Source: Jimgerdemannia flammicorona
Taxonomy: Eukaryota
NCBI GenBank assembly: GCA_003990765.1
Contig: RBNJ01000254.1
Coordinates: 1 to 35,290, forward strand
Direction: 5' to 3'
DNA: 35,290 nucleotides
Shown here in pieces: positions 25,855 to 35,290 of this stretch (position 1 is its first letter; the number at the start of each line of letters is the position of its first letter). A program made the position numbers and the translations under genes. A model generated the notes under the pieces. It ran no database searches. It was not told the origin of the DNA and worked only from the letters and a program-made list of their open reading frames with translations.

Positions 25855-26290
25855 ATGGTTCCCGTCGCTGAGATCATGACCCTAATCCAACCCGCGACCT
25901 CGGCGCCCCAGGTTATCGCCGTGATGCCAATCCAGGCCGTTGTGCCCTGTCCGTCCCCGTCGCACCCTGCGTCGAGGCGTATCATGTCATTGGGAACTTA
26001 TGCGACGCAGCAGTCCCCGCCGCGCCCTGCGTCGAGGCGTACCATGTCATTGCCACGCCGCCGTCCCTGTCGCGACCTACGAGACTCCAGAAACCATCGT
26101 TTGCAAGTCCCATCCCAGAGCCGTGGCCGAGGCAACCCCGGTCCAGGTCGAGGTCCGGCGCAGGAGACAGCTGCCCCCATTCAGACCACGGACACTGAAT
26201 TTAACCAGGCTCTACAGGGTACCGGAGCTCCAGGCGACGGTGGCGAGGCCGCACAGGTCCCAGCTGGCATCGAGAACGTTACCCACTGAA
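25855..26290 (+). pseudogene. Orphan Val/Pro/Ala/Glu-rich repeat-containing gene, apparently frameshifted (or an intact 144 aa hypothetical ORF)
   Basis: TATATAT at 25762-25768, ATG 25855, AT-rich 3' flank. V/P/A/E/T-rich peptide moves between frames; contains an internal 60-bp repeat. Confidence 0.45.
25953..26076 (+). repeat. Imperfect 60-bp tandem repeat, about 2.2 copies
   Basis: gtccccg(t/c)cgc(a/g)ccctgcgtcgaggcgta(t/c)catgtcat at 25953 and 26013; a partial third copy at 26063 is offset by 50 bp. Confidence 0.85.
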
Positions 26291-26899
26291 TGGCAGGCAG
26301 GCCATCGAGGGGGGGTGCTTTTCCACAGACGTGTTTGAAGCGTGATAGCGTGGAACTTTTAGACATAGATGGTTCTGGATAGTAATGCGTAAGTTGGCAA
26401 CAAATGGTTGCCCTATACTTATGTGGGATAATTGACGCAGTTTCTAGGATTTCATTGTAAATTCAACAGTTGTAATAAATGAAATAAATTCTAGTTACAA
26501 TAATATCAAGTCGGTACAATTATTTGCCATTTATAGGGTTCGTCTTTAGCGAAATAAAATAAATGAGTAAGGAAAACGAAAAGAATCCAAATCCATGTGT
26601 TTCGGCGTACCACACCTTTGAAGTCTGGTAGAACAATCTGAAAGCATTGAACGCTTACCATATTTATTACAACCAGTATTAAGTACACCATAGATTACAT
26701 CTAAGTCAATCACACCAGAGAAAGTATCGTAGATTTTTTTTTTTTTTTTTTTTCCCAACTTCCACATCCTGCGTGGCAGTATATGTGACGATTGTAGTTC
26801 AATATTTCGTGCTTTTGTTGAATTCAATTGCCGCATATCGTTTTCTTCATTTTCCCCATTTAATTTGCTTCGATTGTTTTCGCGTATCTGCTTTCTATA

Positions 26900-29800
26900 T
26901 CATCGCTCAATGTCGTCTTCAAAAATAAACTCCGCCATACTGTCGTAGTCTTCGTCGTCCTCATCTGCTTCCTCATCCTCCTCATCATCGTCCTCACTCT
27001 CTCCATCATCGTCCTCCGCATCCTCTCCGTCAGAGCCTACGATATACCGCATCTTCCGCTTCCTCGCCGCGGCCTCCTCCTCCTTGTCGTCGAACTTGGT
27101 CCGCCTACAGATATGATTGTAATGCATCGTGTGCTTGAGTGTGCCTTGCGCACGGCACTCTTGTCCGTACCAACAGTTCGGCCGTAAGCTAACTCCAGCG
27201 GGAAGGGCAGCTTTCTTCTGTGTCAGGGTCTCGTACACTAGAATGTTCATCACGTCGTTGGCGCACCCGCTGCACACTTTACTGGTCGGGAGGAGTTGCG
27301 TCACAGGTTGCCATTTGTCACCTAACATGATCGTGATTATCAGTATTTGGCTTGCATGCGCTTCGAAGCATGATACCAGACATAGGGACAATAGATACTT
27401 ACGATACGCCTCTGTCTTCAACACCCTCGCTTCCAAGTATCCATCAAATAACTCCTGTGAGGTCATTCCCTCGTGCCTGAGATACGTCTCCACCACCAGT
27501 TTCTCGTACTCATTCCCCGCAAGCACTCCGTTAGGCAGAGACTTGAACTTGAACTCCTTCAGCGGCATCACCGAGTTGCTCCCCACTGACTTGTCGCACA
27601 GAAAGCAGTAGTTCTTGTCGCGGACCAGCACGAGGTAGCGCATCTTGACCTGCGTCCGGTCGTACACAATGTATTCATTGAAACTAAGGACGCGCGAGAT
27701 CTCCTCGCCGTCCTCGTCCAGGCGTTTCTTATATTCGCAACGGGTCGGGGGACCTTGAGGGATGATGACCTTGGATGAAGCAAATGGAAGGCGTGTTAGA
27801 ATTAAAAGGGGGGTGGAAGCGAATACATACGATACGTAGCCAAATTGACCATTGGCGACGACATCCGAAACAAACCGCACTCAACCGGAACTATGAAGCA
27901 ACTTACCCCATCCCTTCTCACGTGCAAAGACATATTATCCTCCGGCCCTTCCATTCCCAGACCTTTCGTGCTAAGGAACCCGGGCTGGGCGTGGTCCATG
28001 TACTCGGAATGCTCACGTTCGTACATATCGCCAAGAGCCACCTCGCACAGTAGTAGGCACGAGTATGCCTGCGTGCCGGCGGCGGATCGCCACTCCTGGG
28101 CGTAGTTGATAGATTTGCAGAACATGTCGCCGAAGTAGATCCCCTTGCCGAACATGTAACCCTGCAAAAGAAAAAAGATGAAAAAGAATACCTTAACTGT
28201 GCGGTAGATCTAGGGACACGACCAAATTCATCACCGCATTACTTACCGTAACCTCTGCTTCGAAAGGCGCCACTCTCAATCCCTGCGACAGAATCCCCAT
28301 GAAATTGCTCAATCTGGACCCATGCCACAACAGCCTCCGATTCTTGTCATCCGAGAACGGCTCAAACCTTGCCCTTTCCCCAGCCCTATCCAGACCGAAC
28401 AGATGAATGATCTCATAGTCATTGTTCTTGGCCGTCGTGTCCATGTACCGCGAGACCACTTTGTACTCCTCCGTTTCGGGCTCGACCTCGTCCATCCGGC
28501 ATTGGAACGCTCGGTAGCAGTAGTCAAGGGGGTTTATCTCCTTGCCGCGCAACTCCGCGCCGAGAAGCATGTTTGCGCCTGAGTTCAGGTACCGGATGTT
28601 GTCGATTCGCTGCATCTCCTTTTGCACGTTCGAGAGATCGACGAGGGGCCGGATGCCTGTGCGGATGTAGTCTTTGTTAGGAATACGTGTATAGTACTGA
28701 TTGCTAAGCTGAACGAGTTTGTGACGGATGGCTATTGAGGCGGAAAGAAATTATTGTAGATTAGCATTAGCATTGATTGATAGGCTGACGGATACGGTTT
28801 TATGACAAGAAAACAAGGTAATGCTTACCTTTGATGGCCTTCACGTCCAGAATGCCATTCGTGGTGGTCTTCTTAACTTCCATCTGCTTGATCTGATCTC
28901 GAATCTCCATCAACAGCTGATACCCCTCCTCAACCGTCGCGGCGGTCAAATATCCCAACGGCAAATCCAACTTCTCATCATCGACCATTTTGTTCATGCT
29001 CGCAATATCGCAGAACACTTTCAATGTATCTTGTACGCTATGTGGAAGCTTGCTCCTGGGACTCTTGCTCAGATCCAGGGGTTTGAGCGCCAAGGGTTTC
29101 GTCTTCTCCGCGAGCTTCGTCACGACAAATCGGCCATCCTTTGGTATGAATTCTTCGGAGAACCGGTGCTCCCAGAGATTGCTCGTCTTGCTCTTGAAGA
29201 TCTTCTTGAATTCCTCCACGGCTTCCTCCATGCTGTTGAAGGGTGTCTTTTGGAACATGCCGGTTTCGCCGACGCCACCCCAGCGAGTGAAGAGGATATA
29301 GAGGTCTTGAACCCTATTGTGGATGACTTGCATCTTGTAGAACCTAGCAAGAGGGGGTTTTTTTTACCAAGAAGGTCAGAGAACAACATAAAAGAAATGA
29401 AAAAAAAAGAAAAAAAAAAAAAAAAAAAAAAAAAAGCGCAATTTGGTTTAGGAATATCGTGGAGCAGATCACATACAGATTTTCGCCGTAGTAACCCTTA
29501 TCGACATCCGTCCTATTCAGCATAATATCCAGCGGCTCATCGCCTTCCATCAACACCTCTCCAATATCTTTCAACTTAGAATTCGGGTCGACCTGACGCT
29601 TCTTCTTCGGCTTCCCATTCTCGTCGAAATCTCCATTCTTCTTTGCCTCCTCGAACTTCGCTTCCTCCTCAATTGCCTCACGAGCTATCTTGGCGTCTGC
29701 TTCAACATCCACAGGCTCAGGCAAATCCACGTCCATGTTCGCATCTACGTTGTCAATTGCCGCCATCTCGTGCTGGCTCAAAGGATTTGCGCCAAGATTG

Positions 29801-32800
29801 AGAAGAGCGTTGTACATTTTCTTGGAATTTTGCTGGTAAGCGTATTTAATTGCACGGTTGCCTGCGATTAACGAGGAACAATTGAATTAGTTGACTGCTT
29901 CGAAAACTTTCTGTTGATATCAAATGGAACACAACATGATTAATTACCAAATACATCAACATGTTCCAGATATTTTGACTTGTCGCCTCCCATCGCCTTC
30001 ACAAGCAACCTCAAAAGATTGACATTCTCAAACGACAACGTCGTAAAGGTCGAAACCGCATAGAATATGTAATTTTGACCGGATTCGTTTACCGCTCCCA
30101 TGTCGAGTTTGTTGGCTGCTTGCTTGTGCTCGAGAATCAGCTTTACGGCTTCCAGGTTGTTCTCGCAGATGGCGTGGACAAGCGGGGTCACAGGCTCGTT
30201 GCAGAGGCCGCTGGAAGGCGCGACACAGCTACGGACATTGGGATCGGCGTCGTGGTCGAGGAGAAGCTGATGTACATAAACTCGTTTGTCAAAAAACCCG
30301 AAACCATCTCACGGAGCAATATAAACGTATTTATACCTTGAGAAGCTTGAGGTCTTTTACTCTGATCGCATATTCCAACGGAGTTTGCCTCGTCTTCTCG
30401 TCTATAAAACTGACGTTGGGGTTGGCAGACCACATATTCTACAGAACCAGTATTGACAAGTTAAAACTACTTTCTGCAGGCAGACATCAGAAACAGACAT
30501 CGGGCTGATGCTACAGAACTCACCTCTTCCAGGCTATCAATCTTGTCAAACAAAAACGTATAAAATGGTGTTCTCCTTGTTACGGGATCAATTTCATTCA
30601 CGGATGCCTCGCGCTTTATCAGTAACTAAATGAAAAAGTCAGTCAGCAATACAAGCCAAATCCAGGAGATTAGAAAAGTCAGAGGGATCGTCAATTGCCC
30701 GTACTTTGACATAATCATAATTCCTCTTCGTCAACGAAACCATTAAAGGAGTCATCATTTTGTCCTCGAACACATTAAAAATGTTGGGATTTGCGCCACA
30801 ACTGAGAAGAAGCTGTGTATTTGGGCCAATTCAACATAATTTATCAGCGTGCCTTCAACTAATGAGCAGCAAGATCATTGTAAGAAACGCAAAAAACTAC
30901 CTCAAATATCTCACGAGTCGATGATGTTGTCGCAAGGAAAATAGGATGCATTTGATGTTGTTTCGCTCCACACATCTCCTTCGCAAAAGTGAAGACAGAG
31001 GCCTCGTTGATATCGGCACCGGCCTTGATAAGGGCCTTGGTTGATTACAAAATAAAATAAAATAATCAATCTCGGTACCACGAATTCAACTATCTCATGT
31101 TAATGCAGTATTTACCTGAAGAATATCATAACTATTGTCAACAACTGCCTTCAACACGGAGTTTTGACGATCATTTTGCGCATCGGCGTCCCAGCGAGCA
31201 CCCACTTCAAGCAGAGTCTATAGTGAGGCAAGATGAACTTGCTCAATGAAAGTCGCTCCCATCTTCAGCGTTGAAGCGATATAGAATACGATATTAACCT
31301 GCACCATCGACAAGTTTCTTGCCTTGACTGCGTTAAAAAGAATGGAGGGATGCTTTTCCATATCGCCAAGATTGACATCTGGAAGATGGTTTAGGAGAAT
31401 CTGACATGCAAAAACCGTACATCATATTACCAGATTAAGATCATACTTATGAATAGTGGCACACGATAACAAAACAATTAACCCACCTGGAAGCTTGGTG
31501 TTGAATTCGCCATCACGGCATACCACAAGGGCGTGTGGCCGTCTTCATCGACAAGGTTCACGGCGACCGTACGACCTAGCAATAATGTCACAAGTATTTC
31601 GTGACCGAATTTGGCGGCGTAGTGCAGGGGTGTCCTGCCAAAGTTGTCGACTAGGCTGTAATCGAGCCCGTTTGCCAACAAGATCTCGAATGTTTCGGCA
31701 ATGTATTCATCCCAGATTGATCTAGATACGTTGAAAGTCAGCTGAGGCTACGGTAATGCTGTATACAAGATCACAAAAATGCATTCGGGATGGGATTACG
31801 TACTTATCAAAAGGACGGAAGTCTCCAAGAACGTGAAAAAGGTTTTGACCATTTGAATTGAGCTGCTGGAGCATGAACTCTTCCGCTTTGGAAATAAGCA
31901 AGAGTGCCAGATGGAATTTGCCTTTGCATTGAAATATATGCGAGAATGTTAGATTTTGCGTGGAACTGGAGGAATTGTATTAGCAGACACAAACGTCCTA
32001 TTGCAAAAATACCTGTGCATAGCGCGTCACTGACAGACCCTATGTTTTGCGCAAAATAAAATGCGCGCAGTTGTCAGCAAACATTGCGAGAATATATTAT
32101 AGAATAACCGTTCACATTGCATACCTATCAGGCTAACTCCCTTCTCCATGATCAGATAGGAGAGGCTCATAAATGATTTAGACAATGAGAAATTGAAAGT
32201 CGATAAAGAGTCACCATTGTATCGAACGAGATCTCGCAGCACTTCTGCATTTTTGTTGGCAAGCATGACAGAGTAATCGACGTGATCATATATCAAGGCA
32301 ATTTGGAGAGGCGTGTTCTGTTGCACGATTCCAAAAGACGTCGAGTAAGTATTGATTCTGTTTGAAGAGCAATTGGATAAACCCTTGTGACCTTACCCTA
32401 TCCAAGTCTTCTGCATTAACTTGAGCGCCATGGTCAAGAAGATACGAAGAGCAGGTGAATGCACCGAGTCTGGATGATCGGAGATGGGTATTATAAAAAT
32501 GGATTGGATGATAGCAGATAGTTGGGGAAAATGTAATTTATATACCTTCCGGCGTAATGCAATGGTGTTCTCCCGAATCTTTGAAAGCGCGAAAAGAGAT
32601 CATTAGAATATTGCAAAGTATATACTAGAATGAGAACATGGATGGGGCCGGAGAAAGAAATCATACCCATCCATAACGTCAATGTGTATGTCCTTCAAAG
32701 CCATCAAGAAGCTAACAATCTCAATAGGATCACCCTTAACGAGACCAGACCTCGAATTGGGCTTCTCCCAAAAATCTTTCCGATAAATTCCCGTCGTATA

Positions 32801-35290
32801 CGTCACAGAGAAATTTTCGTCAAAGTCCATGTTAGCATCATCCTTTTGCTCCGCCATTTCCTTACGCTTTCCTGTCAAGAGCCATTGGTCAAGGTTTTCG
32901 TCTCCGTTGGTGTATTTCCTCGTAAACATGCGTAGTTTTTGCTCCTTCTCTTTGCGCCGCTCTAGTAATGCCTTCTGCTTGTCAACCTTCTCTTTCTCGA
33001 GTCTTGTAACGTTCATCAGGGGAATAAGATGAAGGTCTACGAAAGCAATGTGAAGTGGGGTCCGACCTGACGACAATCATAAACCATTCAGGTGATGTTA
33101 GAGCCATTATTTGATTAAAAAAGTTTATTACAGCATTTAACGACAAACCTTGGTAATCGGCTGCGTTCACGTTGGAGCCATGTTTAAGTAGGAGACGCTC
33201 GATTTTCAGCGAAGTGTTTGTGTGTGATTTGGAATTCTGAATGGCATAGTGTAACGGAGTGTGTTCACCCTGAATATGGAGAGGGATGGAGAGGACATTA
33301 CGGAATTGGCGGTTAGAATTGGCAAGTGACTAACATACGAGGAATCATCCAAACATCAATGGACGCTGCAACTCCACCTTGTCGATGGAATGCACTGAAG
33401 CACCCGCATCGACGAGGGCCTCCACAATATGAGCATTTTGTGAATTAGTCCCGTAATGAATTGCCCAAACCCCTCTGGCATCTTTGACATTGACATTAGC
33501 TCCCGCCTTCAACAGCAGTCTGACGACGTCCAGATTCTTCTTCTTGACGGCTTCGATCAAAGGTGTTGATCCTGTCTCCCTATGGACAGAGCTGTTCGGA
33601 TCAGCATTGCATTTATCCAGCAACGCCGTCACGATTCTCACGTTCGCGTTCTGCGCTGCAATGAACAAAGCGGTACTGGACGAATCGTCCGCGATATTCA
33701 CAAGCACATCGTCGCCGCTGCACCCAGGTTTCGCCAGGAGCGAATCGACGATATCGGCGTCATTGAGCTTGCACGCGACAATCAACGCCGTTTCGCCGCT
33801 CTTGTTCCGCAACTGTAAGTCGACGTGTCCAGGGACGTTAATGAACAGGTTCACCAAATCCGCTTGTTTGGTCCGGATCGATTTGATTAAAACCGACTCA
33901 TTATTCTCGTCCACGGCGTTGACGTCGCCGCCGGCTTCTAGGAGTTTGTTGATTGTGGCGTGCCTGGCTGCGGCTGGGAGTTTGGGGTGACCTCCGAGGG
34001 ATCGGGTTTGCTTTGTGAAAGCTTCTTGCGATTGGGCTTGCAGTGGAGCAGCTTGACCGAAAAGACCTGCTGTGGAAACAAGGGCAACAGGGAGTGGCTG
34101 CGACCCAAAGATTGCTGAAATCGACGCCGAAGGGGCTTCGGAGGGTGCTGTAGTTAGGGTCGGAGCCGTCGACGCTGACGCACTCTGAGCGTGGGCTTGG
34201 GATTGAGCTATGGCCTTCATCAGCACGGTTTCCTTCTTCTTGTTGGCGCGGTTGATACCGAGGGCGGCTGCGTCGACCCCGATTCTCTCAATCAATATCT
34301 GCAGGATGATTTGCAATGCCATATCGTTTTGCTGTTCGGCTGCGAACATCAAGGCGGTTTCACCTGAATAATAGTAAATATTGGATATGATTAGAACACA
34401 CAAGTAGAAATAATAGAGCAGTTGGTGAAAGATGCACTCAATACCTTTCTCGTCAGGCAAGAACGGGTCGGCGTTATTTTCCAGCAGCAACCTGGTCGAA
34501 TCGATCCATCCTTGCTTCTTGAAATTTTTGAGGATGACAAACTTCTCGTCCAGCTTCTTTAACGTCTCGGGCGTCGAATCCGGCTTATAGTCCTCCTCAT
34601 CGTCACCGAGCATGACCACGTACATGATGGGTGTCCGGGCGTTGTCGTGCCCGTCAATCGCGAGATCGGCCAGGCAGCCATGGGTGAGAAAGAAGTCGAT
34701 GATGGTCGCGTCTTGTAGGTTTCCGGCTAATGGAAAATGTATTGATAAGGAAATCAATATGCAAATGTTTATTATTTACTTGATGCCAAATGGATCTGAT
34801 GGTATGTTGCCTACCGAAATGCAAAAGACCCCAGCCTGTCCTCTCAGGATGGTCTTTGATGATAGCCTTAGGGTTGTTCTTGAGGAAATCTTTGGGGAGT
34901 TGCTTGGTCGCGTTCATATCTGGAGCAAAGGCTTTGATGAACTTTTCGGCGCACAACATCTTCAAGCCCAAACCGGGTTCCAAGATGGAGCGTGAGAAAT
35001 GGTCGGATTCGAAATCAAAATTTCCGTGGTGCGGAACCAAATATGTAGGATGAACAGATGCAAATACAACTAACCCAATACTCCCAGTGGTACCGCAAAT
35101 CGACCGTTTTCGGTCCTTGAGCAGCATTCTGAACGGAGGCATTCCAAGAGTTGTAGTAGTATGGCTGCGGTCTCAGCGCAGTCTTGATTTCATTCTTCTT
35201 TTTATTGATGTTGTTGAACAATAGATTCATGCAGTGGACGAAACCAAGAAGGAGTGGAGAGTAGCCTTCATCGTTTAGCGCGTTGGCCTA
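26900..35290 (-). CDS. Ankyrin-repeat poly(ADP-ribose) polymerase (ANK-WGR-PARP regulatory-PARP catalytic) with C-terminal CHFR-like Cys-rich/PBZ domain and acidic tail; 5' end lies beyond the window
   Basis: Many ankyrin motifs (GETALMFAA, GETALIVAC, GSTPLIEAV, TPLHYAI, GRTPLHIAF, GRTPLHYA, NTPLQIAL, GRTPLHYAAKFGH, GHTPLWYAV, TPLVHAI); WGR-like FYKMQVIHN..YILFTRWGGVG...FKKIFKSKTSNLW; regulatory SKLPHSVQ..LPLGYL..LSNQYYTRIP; catalytic LLWHGSRLSNFMGILSQGLRVAP..T|GYMFGKGIYFGDMFCKSINY..LLLCEVALG..STKGLG..LSFNEYIVYDRTQVKMRYL. Stop 26902-26900. Many GT-AG introns. Confidence 0.95.

Noticed and set aside
25953..26076. Repeat-spacer pattern as a CRISPR array
   Set aside because: Only about two copies, eukaryotic context, no cas genes; it behaves as a coding tandem repeat.
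3850..34444. Stop-free introns with lengths divisible by 3 (3850-3927, 7306-7398, 13977-14069, 27322-27402, 34364-34444) as regulated intron retention
   Set aside because: With dozens of short introns in the window, several such cases are expected by chance; they only explain ORF-track read-through.
485..35290. REV3 and the PARP as a DNA-repair gene cluster
   Set aside because: They are about 17 kb apart with unrelated genes between them; no support without synteny data.

Overview
Intron-rich eukaryotic DNA, most consistent with an early-diverging fungus (Mucoromycota; Endogonales-like by inference from short GT-AG introns with poly-T tracts and gene families resembling those expanded in Glomeromycotina). 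In order: a contig-edge poly-A; a multi-exon REV3 (DNA polymerase zeta catalytic subunit, minus); a divergent single-exon protein with two WW domains; a frameshifted TKL-like kinase pseudogene; a multi-exon LaeA-like SAM methyltransferase; a full-length ABCC/MRP (YCF1-like) transporter; a decayed Crinkler-type NTPase/nuclease relic that the ORF track misses; an intronless F-box/LRR gene; two short disrupted orphan ORFs; and the 3' ~8.4 kb of a very large PARP gene that runs off the window end. The PARP is the most interesting item. It has many ankyrin repeats, a WGR domain (signature changed to WGG), a regulatory domain and an intact H-Y-E catalytic domain. These are fused in frame to a CHFR-like cysteine-rich domain with a PBZ poly(ADP-ribose)-binding zinc finger and an acidic tail, so it looks like a PAR writer and reader in one chain. 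All family assignments come from manual translation and recalled motifs; no database search was run, and exon boundaries are hand-predicted.
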